Source of the DNA: Escherichia coli
GTDB lineage: Bacteria; Pseudomonadota; Gammaproteobacteria; Enterobacterales; Enterobacteriaceae
Strand: one strand, 5' to 3'
Length of the DNA stretch: 64,000 nucleotides
NCBI RefSeq assembly: GCF_050320075.1
Contig: NZ_CP190018.1
Numbering within the stretch: the stretch's first letter is position 1; the number at the start of each line of letters is the position of its first letter. A program made the translations under genes and the position numbers. Below are positions 47,955 to 59,529 of this stretch, piece by piece. The notes under the pieces are model-generated. The model did no database searches, was not told the DNA's origin, and saw only the letters and a list, made by a program, of their open reading frames with translations.

Positions 47955-49163
47955 ATGAATGAATTTCCGGTTGTTTTGGTTATTAACTGTGGTTCGTCTT
48001 CGATTAAGTTTTCCGTACTCGACGCCAGCGACTGTGAAGTATTAATGTCAGGTATTGCCGACGGTATTAACTCGGAAAATGCATTCTTATCCGTAAATGG
48101 GGGAGAGCCAGCACCGCTGGCTCACCACAGCTACGAAGGTGCATTGAAGGCAATTGCATTTGAACTGGAAAAACGGAATTTAAATGACAGTGTGGCCTTA
48201 ATTGGCCACCGCATCGCTCACGGCGGCAGTATTTTTACCGAGTCCGCCATTATTACCGATGAAGTCATTGATAATATCCGTCGCGTTTCTCCACTGGCAC
48301 CCCTGCATAATTACGCCAATTTAAGTGGTATTGAATCGGCGCAGCAATTATTTCCTGGCGTAACTCAGGTGGCGGTATTTGATACCAGTTTCCACCAGAC
48401 GATGGCTCCGGAAGCTTATTTATACGGCCTGCCGTGGAAATATTATGAAGAGTTAGGTGTACGCCGTTATGGTTTCCACGGCACGTCGCACCGCTATGTT
48501 TCCCAGCGCGCGCATTCTTTGCTGAATCTGGCGGAAGATGACTCCGGCCTGGTTGTGGCGCATCTTGGCAATGGCGCGTCAATCTGCGCAGTTTGCAACG
48601 GTCAGAGTGTTGACACTTCAATGGGAATGACGCCGCTGGAAGGCTTGATGATGGGTACCCGCAGTGGTGATGTCGACTTTGGTGCGATGTCCTGGGTCGC
48701 CAGCCAAACCAACCAGAGCCTGGGTGACCTGGAACGCGTAGTGAATAAAGAGTCGGGATTATTAGGTATTTCCGGTCTTTCTTCGGATTTACGTGTTCTG
48801 GAAAAAGCCTGGCATGAAGGTCACGAACGCGCGCAACTGGCAATTAAAACCTTTGTTCACCGAATTGCCCGTCATATTGCCGGACACGCAGCCTCATTAC
48901 GTCGCCTGGATGGAATTATATTCACCGGCGGAATAGGAGAAAATTCAAGTTTAATTCGTCGTCTGGTCATGGAACATTTGGCTGTATTAGGCGTAGAGAT
49001 TGATACAGAAATGAATAATCGCTCTAACTCCTGTGGAGAGCGAATTGTTTCCAGTGAAAATGCCCGTGTCATTTGCGCCGTTATCCCAACCAACGAAGAA
49101 AAAATGATTGCTTTGGATGCCATTCATTTAGGCAAAGTGAACGCGTCCGCAGAATTTGCATAA
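47955..49163 (+). CDS. tdcD: Propionate/acetate kinase
   Basis: ORF from 47943; start placed at [20 protein letters not shown] (402 aa). Confidence 0.9.
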   Translation: MNEFPVVLVINCGSSSIKFSVLDASDCEVLMSGIADGINSENAFLSVNGGEPAPLAHHSYEGALKAIAFELEKRNLNDSVALIGHRIAHGGSIFTESAIITDEVIDNIRRVSPLAPLHNYANLSGIESAQQLFPGVTQVAVFDTSFHQTMAPEAYLYGLPWKYYEELGVRRYGFHGTSHRYVSQRAHSLLNLAEDDSGLVVAHLGNGASICAVCNGQSVDTSMGMTPLEGLMMGTRSGDVDFGAMSWVASQTNQSLGDLERVVNKESGLLGISGLSSDLRVLEKAWHEGHERAQLAIKTFVHRIARHIAGHAASLRRLDGIIFTGGIGENSSLIRRLVMEHLAVLGVEIDTEMNNRSNSCGERIVSSENARVICAVIPTNEEKMIALDAIHLGKVNASAEFA

Positions 49164-49196
49164 TTTAGTTGAAGTATTGTAGAGAGATTATTTTTC

Positions 49197-51491
49197 ATGA
49201 AGGTAGATATTGATACCAGCGATAAGCTGTACGCCGACGCATGGCTTGGCTTTAAAGGTACGGACTGGAAAAACGAAATTAATGTCCGCGATTTTATTCA
49301 ACATAACTATACACCGTATGAAGGCGATGAATCTTTCCTCGCTGAAGCGACGCCAGCCACCACGGAATTGTGGGAAAAGGTGATGGAAGGCATTCGTATT
49401 GAAAACGCAACCCACGCGCCGGTTGATTTCGATACCAATATTGCCACCACCATTACCGCTCATGATGCGGGATATATTAACCAGCCGCTGGAAAAAATTG
49501 TTGGCCTGCAAACGGATGCGCCGTTGAAACGTGCGTTACACCCGTTCGGTGGCATTAATATGATTAAAAGTTCATTCCACGCCTATGGTCGTGAAATGGA
49601 CAGTGAATTTGAATATCTGTTTACCGATCTGCGTAAAACCCATAACCAGGGCGTATTTGATGTTTACTCACCGGATATGCTGTGCTGCCGTAAATCTGGC
49701 GTGCTGACCGGTTTACCAGATGGCTATGGTCGTGGGCGCATTATCGGTGACTATCGCCGCGTAGCGCTGTATGGCATCAGTTATCTGGTGCGTGAACGCG
49801 AACTGCAATTTGCCGATCTCCAGTCTCGTCTGGAAAAAGGCGAGGATCTGGAAGCCACCATCCGTCTGCGTGAGGAGCTGGCAGAGCATCGTCATGCGCT
49901 GTTGCAGATTCAGGAAATGGCGGCGAAATATGGCTTTGATATCTCTCGCCCGGCGCAGAATGCGCAGGAAGCGGTGCAGTGGCTCTACTTCGCTTACCTG
50001 GCGGCAGTGAAATCACAGAACGGCGGCGCGATGTCGCTGGGTCGCACGGCATCGTTCCTCGATATCTACATTGAGCGCGACTTTAAAGCTGGCGTACTCA
50101 ATGAGCAGCAGGCACAGGAACTGATCGACCACTTCATTATGAAGATCCGTATGGTGCGCTTCTTGCGTACACCGGAATTTGATTCGCTGTTCTCCGGCGA
50201 CCCAATCTGGGCGACGGAAGTGATCGGCGGGATGGGGCTGGACGGTCGTACGCTGGTGACCAAAAACTCCTTCCGCTATTTGCACACCCTGCACACTATG
50301 GGGCCTGCACCGGAACCTAACCTGACCATTCTTTGGTCGGAAGAATTACCGATTGCCTTCAAAAAATATGCCGCGCAGGTGTCGATCGTCACCTCTTCCT
50401 TGCAGTATGAAAACGACGATCTGATGCGTACTGACTTCAACAGCGACGATTACGCGATTGCCTGCTGCGTCAGCCCAATGGTGATTGGTAAGCAAATGCA
50501 GTTCTTTGGTGCACGCGCTAACCTGGCGAAAACACTGCTGTACGCAATTAACGGCGGGGTGGACGAGAAGCTGAAGATTCAGGTCGGGCCGAAAACAGCA
50601 CCGTTGATGGACGACGTGCTGGATTACGACAAAGTGATGGACAGTCTCGATCACTTCATGGACTGGCTGGCGGTGCAGTACATCAGTGCGCTGAATATCA
50701 TTCACTACATGCACGACAAGTACAGCTACGAAGCTTCGCTGATGGCGCTGCACGATCGTGATGTCTATCGCACTATGGCATGCGGCATCGCGGGCCTGTC
50801 GGTGGCGACGGACTCCCTGTCTGCCATCAAATATGCCCGCGTGAAACCAATCCGTGACGAAAACGGCCTGGCGGTGGACTTTGAAATCGACGGCGAATAT
50901 CCGCAGTACGGTAACAACGACGAGCGCGTAGACAGCATTGCCTGCGATCTGGTTGAACGCTTTATGAAGAAAATTAAAGCGCTGCCAACCTATCGCAACG
51001 CCGTCCCTACCCAGTCGATTCTGACTATCACTTCTAACGTGGTGTACGGCCAGAAAACCGGTAATACGCCGGACGGTCGTCGCGCCGGAACACCGTTCGC
51101 GCCGGGCGCTAACCCGATGCATGGTCGTGATCGCAAAGGTGCCGTGGCCTCATTGACGTCGGTGGCGAAACTGCCGTTCACCTACGCCAAAGACGGGATC
51201 TCGTACACCTTCTCGATTGTGCCTGCGGCGCTGGGCAAAGAAGATCCAGTACGTAAAACCAACCTTGTCGGCCTGCTGGATGGGTATTTCCACCACGAAG
51301 CGGATGTCGAAGGCGGTCAACACCTCAACGTCAACGTAATGAATCGGGAAATGCTGCTGGATGCCATCGAGCACCCGGAAAAATATCCTAACCTGACAAT
51401 CCGTGTCTCTGGCTACGCCGTGCGCTTCAACGCACTGACCCGTGAACAGCAACAGGATGTTATTTCACGTACTTTTACCCAGGCGCTCTGA
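49197..51491 (+). CDS. tdcE: 2-ketobutyrate/pyruvate formate-lyase (glycyl radical enzyme)
   Basis: 764-aa ORF with C-terminal glycyl-radical motif RVSGYAVRF. Confidence 0.92.
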   Translation: MKVDIDTSDKLYADAWLGFKGTDWKNEINVRDFIQHNYTPYEGDESFLAEATPATTELWEKVMEGIRIENATHAPVDFDTNIATTITAHDAGYINQPLEKIVGLQTDAPLKRALHPFGGINMIKSSFHAYGREMDSEFEYLFTDLRKTHNQGVFDVYSPDMLCCRKSGVLTGLPDGYGRGRIIGDYRRVALYGISYLVRERELQFADLQSRLEKGEDLEATIRLREELAEHRHALLQIQEMAAKYGFDISRPAQNAQEAVQWLYFAYLAAVKSQNGGAMSLGRTASFLDIYIERDFKAGVLNEQQAQELIDHFIMKIRMVRFLRTPEFDSLFSGDPIWATEVIGGMGLDGRTLVTKNSFRYLHTLHTMGPAPEPNLTILWSEELPIAFKKYAAQVSIVTSSLQYENDDLMRTDFNSDDYAIACCVSPMVIGKQMQFFGARANLAKTLLYAINGGVDEKLKIQVGPKTAPLMDDVLDYDKVMDSLDHFMDWLAVQYISALNIIHYMHDKYSYEASLMALHDRDVYRTMACGIAGLSVATDSLSAIKYARVKPIRDENGLAVDFEIDGEYPQYGNNDERVDSIACDLVERFMKKIKALPTYRNAVPTQSILTITSNVVYGQKTGNTPDGRRAGTPFAPGANPMHGRDRKGAVASLTSVAKLPFTYAKDGISYTFSIVPAALGKEDPVRKTNLVGLLDGYFHHEADVEGGQHLNVNVMNREMLLDAIEHPEKYPNLTIRVSGYAVRFNALTREQQQDVISRTFTQAL

Positions 51492-51504
51492 CGCCGGAGG
51501 ATGT

Positions 51505-51894
51505 ATGAAAAAGATTATCGAAACGCAACGTGCCCCAGGCGCAATCGGCCCTTATGTTCAGGGCGTTGATTTAGGCAGCATGGTCTTCACCTCCGGGCAA
51601 ATTCCGGTTTGCCCACAAACCGGTGAGATCCCGGCTGATGTGCAAGATCAGGCGCGTTTAAGCCTCGAAAACGTCAAAGCGATCGTGGTTGCTGCCGGGC
51701 TGAGCGTGGGCGATATCATCAAGATGACCGTGTTCATCACCGATCTGAATGATTTTGCCACCATCAACGAAGTCTATAAGCAGTTCTTCGATGAGCATCA
51801 GGCGACCTATCCGACCCGGAGCTGTGTACAGGTCGCGCGTTTGCCGAAAGATGTGAAGCTGGAAATTGAAGCCATCGCAGTACGTAGTGCGTAA
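51505..51894 (+). CDS. tdcF: RidA-family enamine/imine deaminase
   Basis: Start placed at MKKIIETQRAPGAIGPYVQG (129 aa), YjgF/RidA family. Confidence 0.88.
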   Translation: MKKIIETQRAPGAIGPYVQGVDLGSMVFTSGQIPVCPQTGEIPADVQDQARLSLENVKAIVVAAGLSVGDIIKMTVFITDLNDFATINEVYKQFFDEHQATYPTRSCVQVARLPKDVKLEIEAIAVRSA

Positions 51895-51965
51895 AGCCTC
51901 GTGAGCGGGACGGTCGCAAGGTCGTTCCGCTCCACTTCACTGAACGGCAATCCGAGGGTGTGGAT

Positions 51966-53330
51966 ATGATTAGTGCATTCGATATTTTCAAAATTGGGAT
52001 TGGTCCCTCCAGTTCGCATACCGTGGGGCCAATGAATGCCGGAAAAAGTTTTATTGATCGGCTGGAAAGTAGCGGCTTATTAACCGCGACGAGCCATATT
52101 GTGGTCGATCTGTACGGGTCGTTGTCACTGACGGGCAAAGGCCATGCCACGGATGTCGCCATTATCATGGGACTGGCAGGAAACAGTCCGCAGGATGTTG
52201 TCATTGATGAGATCCCTGCATTTATAGAGTTAGTAACGCGCAGCGGGCGGCTGCCAGTGGCATCTGGTGCGCATATTGTTGATTTTCCTGTAGCAAAGAA
52301 CATTATCTTCCATCCCGAAATGTTGCCTCGCCATGAGAACGGAATGCGGATCACTGCCTGGAAGGGACAGGAAGCGCTATTAAGTAAAACCTATTACTCT
52401 GTCGGCGGCGGGTTTATTGTCGAAGAAGAACACTTCGGCCTGTCGCACGATGTCGAAACGTCCGTACCTTACGATTTCCACTCAGCAGGTGAACTGCTGA
52501 AAATGTGTGATTACAACGGCCTGTCTATATCTGGTCTGATGATGCACAACGAGCTGGCGCTGCGTAGCAAAGCGGAAATTGACGCCGGTTTTGCCCGTAT
52601 CTGGCAAGTGATGCATGACGGTATTGAACGCGGGATGAACACTGAAGGCGTGCTGCCTGGTCCGCTCAATGTGCCGCGTCGTGCCGTAGCGCTGCGTCGT
52701 CAGCTGGTTTCCAGCGATAACATCTCTAACGATCCGATGAATGTCATCGACTGGATCAATATGTACGCGCTGGCGGTTAGTGAAGAAAACGCAGCTGGCG
52801 GGCGCGTGGTAACGGCACCGACTAACGGTGCGTGCGGCATTATTCCGGCAGTGCTGGCTTATTACGATAAGTTCCGTCGTCCGGTAAACGAGCGGTCAAT
52901 TGCCCGCTATTTTCTGGCCGCGGGGGCTATTGGCGCGCTGTATAAAATGAACGCCTCCATCTCCGGCGCGGAAGTCGGCTGTCAGGGGGAAATTGGCGTG
53001 GCCTGTTCAATGGCGGCGGCAGGGTTAACTGAACTCCTGGGCGGCAGTCCGGCGCAGGTATGCAATGCGGCGGAAATCGCGATGGAGCATAACCTTGGGC
53101 TGACCTGCGATCCGGTTGCCGGACAGGTACAAATCCCGTGCATTGAACGTAATGCCATTAATGCCGTGAAAGCAGTAAACGCCGCGCGGATGGCGATGCG
53201 CCGCACCTCGGCACCGCGTGTTTCACTCGATAAAGTGATCGAGACGATGTATGAAACCGGCAAAGATATGAACGATAAATACCGCGAAACATCACGCGGA
53301 GGACTGGCCATTAAAGTGGTCTGCGGCTGA
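51966..53330 (+). CDS. tdcG: L-serine dehydratase (Fe-S dependent)
   Basis: Start [23 protein letters not shown] (454 aa). Confidence 0.9.
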   Translation: MISAFDIFKIGIGPSSSHTVGPMNAGKSFIDRLESSGLLTATSHIVVDLYGSLSLTGKGHATDVAIIMGLAGNSPQDVVIDEIPAFIELVTRSGRLPVASGAHIVDFPVAKNIIFHPEMLPRHENGMRITAWKGQEALLSKTYYSVGGGFIVEEEHFGLSHDVETSVPYDFHSAGELLKMCDYNGLSISGLMMHNELALRSKAEIDAGFARIWQVMHDGIERGMNTEGVLPGPLNVPRRAVALRRQLVSSDNISNDPMNVIDWINMYALAVSEENAAGGRVVTAPTNGACGIIPAVLAYYDKFRRPVNERSIARYFLAAGAIGALYKMNASISGAEVGCQGEIGVACSMAAAGLTELLGGSPAQVCNAAEIAMEHNLGLTCDPVAGQVQIPCIERNAINAVKAVNAARMAMRRTSAPRVSLDKVIETMYETGKDMNDKYRETSRGGLAIKVVCG

Positions 53331-53354
53331 CATTGCTGTCAGCTTTCATCCTTG

Positions 53355-53381
53355 GGTGCACAAATGTGCACCTTTTTTTTT
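53355..53381 (+). terminator. Intrinsic terminator after tdcG
   Basis: ggtgcacaaatgtgcacc hairpin followed by a 9-T run. Confidence 0.75.
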
Positions 53382-53605
53382 GTGATCTGCCGCAAATAGA
53401 GAATGAATATTCTCTTGTGATTAATTTAGTAGAAAATTCTTATCCATCTCCGTTATTTCAAAGTCTTGATTGTGAAGATTTTCTCTGACCTCGCGCGTAT
53501 CATTTCTTTATTCTAATAACTCGCCTGCAAAAACGTAGACCGCATATCGCCTTGATGCGGCTCGGAAAAAAATAATAAGCCCTACAAAATATTGAGCGAG
53601 AAATT

Positions 53606-54937
53606 ATGGAAATTGTATCGAATAAAGGCGTCATTGCAGACGCTTCGACCCCGGCGGGTCGTGCTGGAATGAGTGAGAGCGAGTGGCGAGAAGCGATCAA
53701 ATTCGACAGTACTGACACCGGCTGGGTGATTATGAGTATCGGGATGGCGATTGGCGCGGGGATTGTTTTTCTCCCGGTGCAGGTCGGTTTGATGGGATTG
53801 TGGGTATTTTTGCTCTCATCGGTGATTGGTTACCCGGCAATGTATCTGTTTCAGCGGTTGTTTATTAATACGCTGGCAGAATCACCAGAATGTAAAGATT
53901 ACCCGAGCGTCATTAGCGGTTATTTAGGTAAAAACTGGGGCATCCTGTTAGGTGCACTCTATTTCGTAATGCTGGTGATTTGGATGTTCGTCTATTCCAC
54001 CGCCATCACCAACGATAGTGCTTCCTACCTGCATACCTTCGGCGTGACGGAAGGGTTGCTGTCAGACAGTCCCTTTTATGGTCTGGTACTGATTTGCATT
54101 CTGGTGGCGATCTCCTCACGCGGCGAGAAATTGTTATTCAAAATTTCGACGGGGATGGTGCTGACCAAGCTGCTGGTGGTCGCGGCGCTGGGCGTGTCGA
54201 TGGTGGGAATGTGGCATCTGTATAACGTCGGTTCGCTACCGCCGCTGGGGCTGCTGGTGAAAAACGCCATTATTACGCTGCCGTTTACCCTGACGTCGAT
54301 TCTGTTTATCCAGACGTTAAGCCCGATGGTGATTTCTTATCGCTCGCGGGAAAAATCGATTGAAGTAGCGCGGCATAAAGCATTGCGGGCAATGAATATC
54401 GCGTTTGGCATTTTGTTTGTCACCGTCTTTTTCTACGCCGTGTCGTTCACGCTGGCGATGGGACATGACGAAGCGGTAAAAGCCTACGAGCAGAATATTT
54501 CCGCGCTGGCGATTGCCGCACAGTTTATTAGCGGTGACGGCGCAGCGTGGGTGAAAGTGGTCAGCGTCATTCTCAATATCTTTGCTGTAATGACTGCATT
54601 CTTTGGCGTCTATTTAGGCTTTCGCGAAGCAACGCAAGGGATCGTAATGAACATCCTGCGTCGCAAGATACCTGCCGAGAAGATTAACGAAAATCTCGTT
54701 CAGCGCGGCATCATGATTTTCGCCATTTTGCTGGCCTGGAGCGCCATCGTACTGAACGCCCCGGTGTTGAGCTTCACCTCTATCTGTAGCCCGATTTTCG
54801 GCATGGTAGGGTGCCTGATCCCGGCGTGGCTGGTTTACAAAGTACCGGCATTGCACAAATACAAAGGGATGTCTCTGTACCTGATTATCGTCACTGGTTT
54901 GTTGCTTTGTGTTTCTCCGTTCCTGGCATTTTCTTGA
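53606..54937 (+). CDS. cyuP: Amino acid (cysteine / D,L-serine) transporter, HAAAP family
   Basis: 443-aa membrane ORF, paralogous to tdcC; K-12 yhaO. Confidence 0.85.
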   Translation: MEIVSNKGVIADASTPAGRAGMSESEWREAIKFDSTDTGWVIMSIGMAIGAGIVFLPVQVGLMGLWVFLLSSVIGYPAMYLFQRLFINTLAESPECKDYPSVISGYLGKNWGILLGALYFVMLVIWMFVYSTAITNDSASYLHTFGVTEGLLSDSPFYGLVLICILVAISSRGEKLLFKISTGMVLTKLLVVAALGVSMVGMWHLYNVGSLPPLGLLVKNAIITLPFTLTSILFIQTLSPMVISYRSREKSIEVARHKALRAMNIAFGILFVTVFFYAVSFTLAMGHDEAVKAYEQNISALAIAAQFISGDGAAWVKVVSVILNIFAVMTAFFGVYLGFREATQGIVMNILRRKIPAEKINENLVQRGIMIFAILLAWSAIVLNAPVLSFTSICSPIFGMVGCLIPAWLVYKVPALHKYKGMSLYLIIVTGLLLCVSPFLAFS

Positions 54938-54964
54938 TTTACCTGAAATTTTAAGGTTTTTAAT

Positions 54965-56275
54965 ATGTTTGATTCGACTTTAAATCCGTTATGGCAGCGT
55001 TACATCCTCGCCGTTCAGGAGGAGGTAAAACCGGCGCTGGGGTGTACTGAACCGATTTCACTGGCGCTGGCGGCGGCGGTTGCTGCGGCTGAACTGGAAG
55101 GTCCGGTTGAACGTGTAGAAGCCTGGGTTTCGCCAAATCTGATGAAGAACGGTCTGGGTGTCACCGTTCCCGGTACAGGAATGGTGGGGCTGCCGATTGC
55201 GGCGGCGCTTGGGGCGTTAGGTGGAAATGCTAACGCCGGGCTGGAAGTGCTGAAAGACGCAACTGCGCAGGCAATTGCCGATGCCAAAGCACTGCTGGCG
55301 GCGGGGAAAGTCTCAGTTAAGATCCAGGAACCTTGCGATGAAATCCTCTTCTCACGCGCCAAAGTCTGGAACGGTGAGAAGTGGGCGTGTGTCACCATCG
55401 TCGGCGGGCATACCAACATTGTGCATATTGAGACGCACAATGGTGTGGTGTTTACTCAGCAGGCGTGTGTGACAGAGGGCGAGCAAGAGTCGCCGCTGAC
55501 GGTGCTTTCCAGGACGACGCTGGCTGAGATCCTGAAGTTCGTCAATGAAGTCCCGTTTGCGGCGATCCGCTTTATTCTCGATTCTGCGAAGTTAAATTGC
55601 GCGTTATCACAGGAAGGTTTGAGCGGTAACTGGGGGCTGCATATTGGTGCGACGCTGGAAAAACAGTGCGCGCGCGGTTTGCTGGCGAAAGATCTCTCTT
55701 CATCCATTGTGATTCGTACCAGCGCGGCATCCGATGCGCGTATGGGCGGCGCTACGCTTCCGGCAATGAGTAACTCCGGCTCGGGTAACCAGGGGATCAC
55801 CGCAACAATGCCTGTGGTGGTGGTAGCAGAACACTTCGGAGCGGATGATGAACGGCTGGCGCGTGCGCTGATGCTTTCGCATTTGAGCGCGATTTACATC
55901 CATAACCAGTTACCGCGTTTGTCTGCGCTTTGTGCCGCAACGACCGCAGCAATGGGGGCCGCCGCCGGGATGGCATGGCTGGTGGATGGGCGTTATGAAA
56001 CCATTTCGATGGCGATCAGCAGTATGATCGGCGATGTCAGCGGCATGATTTGCGATGGAGCGTCGAACAGCTGCGCGATGAAGGTTTCGACCAGTGCTTC
56101 GGCTGCGTGGAAAGCGGTGTTAATGGCGCTGGATGATACCGCCGTGACCGGCAATGAAGGGATTGTGGCGCATGATGTTGAGCAGTCGATTGCCAACCTG
56201 TGTGCGTTAGCAAGCCATTCGATGCAGCAAACGGATCGGCAGATTATCGAGATTATGGCGAGCAAGGCCAGATAA
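54965..56275 (+). CDS. cyuA: L-cysteine desulfidase (anaerobic cysteine catabolism)
   Basis: 436-aa ORF; K-12 yhaM. Confidence 0.85.
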   Translation: MFDSTLNPLWQRYILAVQEEVKPALGCTEPISLALAAAVAAAELEGPVERVEAWVSPNLMKNGLGVTVPGTGMVGLPIAAALGALGGNANAGLEVLKDATAQAIADAKALLAAGKVSVKIQEPCDEILFSRAKVWNGEKWACVTIVGGHTNIVHIETHNGVVFTQQACVTEGEQESPLTVLSRTTLAEILKFVNEVPFAAIRFILDSAKLNCALSQEGLSGNWGLHIGATLEKQCARGLLAKDLSSSIVIRTSAASDARMGGATLPAMSNSGSGNQGITATMPVVVVAEHFGADDERLARALMLSHLSAIYIHNQLPRLSALCAATTAAMGAAAGMAWLVDGRYETISMAISSMIGDVSGMICDGASNSCAMKVSTSASAAWKAVLMALDDTAVTGNEGIVAHDVEQSIANLCALASHSMQQTDRQIIEIMASKAR

Positions 56276-56289
56276 TCGCCAGGTTTTGG

Positions 56290-56334
56290 GTATCGTGCCG
56301 GATAAGGCGTTTACGCCGCATCCGGCACCTGTCT
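56290..56334. repeat. REP element after cyuA
   Basis: gtatcgtgccggataaggcgtttacgccgcatccggcacctg. Confidence 0.55.
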
Positions 56335-56499
56335 TTACGCAGTAGCTTCATCCTCGGCTAAACGCGTTTCAGCATCCGCGACGATGGCTTCCAGCTCGCT
56401 CAACATCTCTTCATAGCCAAAATTATTGGCGGTGCGAGCAGGTTCTTTCGCCACCACGGGCTTCACTGGCTGACGCTTTTTGGCCGATTTTTTACTCAT
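56335..56499 (-). CDS. yhaL: Small uncharacterized protein YhaL (54 aa)
   Basis: Hand translation of minus strand: MSKKSAKKRQPVKPVVAKEPARTANNFGYEEMLSELEAIVADAETRLAEDEATA*; below ORF-track cutoff. Confidence 0.55.
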   Translation of the reverse strand: MSKKSAKKRQPVKPVVAKEPARTANNFGYEEMLSELEAIVADAETRLAEDEATA

Positions 56500-56521
56500 C
56501 ATCATCTCCCTGTTAAAACAA

Positions 56522-57223
56522 CTAGACAGGCAAATCTATCAGCAAAGCGCGCAGTGGGGAATCGGCAACCAGCGTAATGTTAGCCTCGTCACGAATAAAC
56601 GCCCCATCACCGCAGGTCAGCGCCGCTTTCTCTTCATGATGCGTAAGTGCATGAAATTTCCCGTGAATCGATTGCAAATACGCGCGTGGCCCATGCAACT
56701 GGAAATTCGCACTTTCGCCTTTGTCGAGCACAATATGATGCAGCCACACTTGCTGGCGCAATTGCAGGCTTCCCATCGCACCCTCTGGCGAGGCGATTAA
56801 TTGCTGCTTGTCCATATTAAGCGCCAGCTTTTGAATCAGTGGATTCTCTCGCTGCGGGCAGGCATCCAGCCAAAGCTGCATTCGCGTTAACGGTTTGTCT
56901 TTGCTGAGATTGTGTTCGCTATAGCTGACACCCGGCTGGGTAGAGAGCAGCAACACCTCACCAGCGCTGGCCTGAACATGATTGCCTTCGCTGTCGCGAT
57001 ACTCTGCTTCTCCATCCAGAATCACATTTAAAATATCGACTTTGGGATAGGTTCGCGGCTGAAAGGCGGCACCTGGGGCCAGCACTTCCTGGTTAAGCAC
57101 GCGCAGGGAGGCATAGCCTAACAATTTCGGGTCGAAGTAGTGTCCAAAGGAAAAAGTATACCGGGCCTGCAACCATCCGTAGTCTGCTTGTCCACACTGC
57201 CTGGCAGTTCGGGTAGTAATCAT
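56522..57223 (-). CDS. yhaK: Pirin-like bicupin protein
   Basis: 233-aa ORF, pirin family. Confidence 0.85.
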   Translation of the reverse strand: MITTRTARQCGQADYGWLQARYTFSFGHYFDPKLLGYASLRVLNQEVLAPGAAFQPRTYPKVDILNVILDGEAEYRDSEGNHVQASAGEVLLLSTQPGVSYSEHNLSKDKPLTRMQLWLDACPQRENPLIQKLALNMDKQQLIASPEGAMGSLQLRQQVWLHHIVLDKGESANFQLHGPRAYLQSIHGKFHALTHHEEKAALTCGDGAFIRDEANITLVADSPLRALLIDLPV

Positions 57224-57327
57224 AATTCTTGACCTCTCTTTACTTCCTTTTATGGTAAGGGGCTGGACGCTACATTGTTAGCCAGATATTCTGCCCGGTA
57301 TGTTCAAATTTCCTGAATGAGAACGAA

Positions 57328-58224
57328 ATGGCCAAAGAAAGGGCATTAACGCTGGAAGCACTACGGGTTATGGATGCGATCGATCGCCGGGGCAGTTTTG
57401 CGGCGGCGGCGGATGAGCTGGGACGCGTGCCTTCCGCACTTAGCTACACCATGCAAAAACTGGAAGAAGAGCTGGATGTGGTGCTGTTTGACCGCTCGGG
57501 CCATCGCACCAAATTCACCAATGTCGGGAGGATGTTGCTGGAGCGAGGGCGCGTTTTGCTGGAAGCCGCAGATAAACTGACTACCGATGCGGAAGCTCTC
57601 GCGCGCGGTTGGGAAACGCATCTCACCATTGTGACCGAAGCGCTGGTACCGACACCTGCCTTTTTCCCGTTAATTGACAAACTGGCGGCAAAAGCGAATA
57701 CCCAACTGGCAATCATCACCGAAGTGCTGGCGGGGGCATGGGAACGGCTGGAGCAGGGGCGGGCGGATATCGTTATCGCGCCGGATATGCATTTTCGTTC
57801 CTCGTCGGAGATCAACTCGCGCAAACTCTATACCTTAATGAACGTCTATGTTGCCGCGCCTGATCACCCGATTCATCAGGAGCCAGAACCGTTATCTGAA
57901 GTGACGCGCGTGAAATATCGTGGAATTGCGGTAGCGGATACCGCTCGTGAGCGCCCGGTGTTGACCGTACAGCTGCTGGACAAACAGCCGCGCTTAACGG
58001 TGAGCACGATTGAAGATAAACGTCAGGCGTTACTGGCGGGGCTTGGCGTGGCGACGATGCCGTATCCGATGGTCGAAAAAGATATTGCGGAAGGGCGGTT
58101 GCGTGTCGTCAGCCCAGAATCGACCAGCGAGATCGATATTATTATGGCCTGGCGTCGTGACAGTATGGGGGAAGCGAAATCCTGGTGTTTGCGGGAAATT
58201 CCCAAACTTTTTAGCGGAAAATAA
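57328..58224 (+). CDS. yhaJ: LysR-family transcriptional regulator
   Basis: 298-aa ORF with N-terminal HTH; divergent from yhaK. Confidence 0.88.
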   Translation: MAKERALTLEALRVMDAIDRRGSFAAAADELGRVPSALSYTMQKLEEELDVVLFDRSGHRTKFTNVGRMLLERGRVLLEAADKLTTDAEALARGWETHLTIVTEALVPTPAFFPLIDKLAAKANTQLAIITEVLAGAWERLEQGRADIVIAPDMHFRSSSEINSRKLYTLMNVYVAAPDHPIHQEPEPLSEVTRVKYRGIAVADTARERPVLTVQLLDKQPRLTVSTIEDKRQALLAGLGVATMPYPMVEKDIAEGRLRVVSPESTSEIDIIMAWRRDSMGEAKSWCLREIPKLFSGK

Positions 58225-58274
58225 TATTTGTTATTGTTAATAAAAAGGGGCGAAATATCGCCCCAATTCTAAGA

Positions 58275-58631
58275 TTAATTTGAACCAAACTTCGGATCGT
58301 TTCCGTAACGATTGCTGCCAGAATTGCCTTCTAAACAGGCAAATACAAACAGAACTAACCAGCCAATGACCGGTACCAGATAGAGAAGCGCCCACGCACC
58401 TGAACGGTCAGTATCGTGCAGACGACGAACGCACAGAGCAATGACCGGAATGATTGTTGCTGCCAGGTAAATGAGAGAAAGGAATGGAAACTCTAAACCT
58501 AAAATCAATTGAATGACATTGATAATAGCGCCGACGATGGCGTTAATCAGAGTAAACATCCAGTACTCTTTACGACGTGCGCGACCAGAGAAACCAACAT
58601 AATTTTTTAATACGGCTAAATACCACTGCAT
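58275..58631 (-). CDS. yhaI: DUF805 inner-membrane protein
   Basis: 118-aa ORF; paralogous to adjacent yhaH (shared YLxVLKNYVGFxGRARRKEYWMF...RRLHDTDRS). Confidence 0.82.
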   Translation of the reverse strand: MQWYLAVLKNYVGFSGRARRKEYWMFTLINAIVGAIINVIQLILGLEFPFLSLIYLAATIIPVIALCVRRLHDTDRSGAWALLYLVPVIGWLVLFVFACLEGNSGSNRYGNDPKFGSN

Positions 58632-58872
58632 AAAAACATCCCTTTAATTAAAAGTGACGAAAGTCTATTCCGGGTATTGTGTAAATGCTATTCGTATCTT
58701 TCTTTTTCGGATGTTATAAAGGTTTTGATATTTAAGATAAATACATGGTTATTTTTTATATGTAATTTATATAACGACATTGAAATATTTTAAATAAACA
58801 TTAGTAAATTATTCATTCATCAACATGATGATAAAAGCCGGATGAGTCAGACATCCGGCGAGTAGATTTGTT

Positions 58873-59238
58873 TTAAGGTTCCAGTTTTGGATCAGGTCCA
58901 AAGCGGTTTTCGCCTGGCGTACCCGCCTGGCAGTTAAAGACGATGATAATAAGCCAGCCGATAAACGGGATTAAGAATAGCAGTGCCCACCACGCCGAGC
59001 GGTCGGTGTCGTGCAGGCGGCGGAACTGAACTGCCCACCATGGTAAAAACACCAGAATACCGTAGATTGTCGTCAGGATGCCTTCGCCACCGGCACGTTG
59101 CCAGCCTAACATTTTATCCAGTAGCCCCAGCACGAACGTAAAGATGATGTTGACCAGAATAAACATCCAGTACTCTTTGCGCCGCGCACGACCCCGGAAA
59201 CCGACATAATTTTTTAGTACTTTCAGATACCAGTCCAT
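58873..59238 (-). CDS. yhaH: DUF805 inner-membrane protein
   Basis: Start placed at MDWYLKVLKNYVGF (121 aa). Confidence 0.82.
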   Translation of the reverse strand: MDWYLKVLKNYVGFRGRARRKEYWMFILVNIIFTFVLGLLDKMLGWQRAGGEGILTTIYGILVFLPWWAVQFRRLHDTDRSAWWALLFLIPFIGWLIIIVFNCQAGTPGENRFGPDPKLEP

Positions 59239-59339
59239 TTTTGCCTCAATTTTGCTCAATCACTTGTTTTTAAAGCAGCAAATTAAGAATAGACGTGAAT
59301 GAAATGGCAGTAAATATTCGTTCAAGGAATTAATAAAGT

Positions 59340-59500
59340 GCCGTGAAGGCGCGCTAAGACTGATGACAAGCGCAAAATCGCCAGATGCGCTACGCTTATC
59401 TGGCCTACGCGGCATTGTAACATATTGAATATAAACGTTTTGTAGGTTGGAGAAGACGTTCACGCCGCATCCGACATAAATAACACGCACTTAGCTAATA
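59340..59500. repeat. REP-like palindromic elements between yhaH and yqjG
   Basis: gccagatgcgctacgcttatctggcctacgcgg and cacgccgcatccgac motifs. Confidence 0.45.
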
Positions 59501-59529
59501 ATCAGAGGCACCCCGTAAGGTGCCTTTTT

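Noticed and set aside
50346-51122. 258-aa minus-strand ORF inside tdcE
   Set aside because: Antisense to the glycyl-radical enzyme gene; no independent support.
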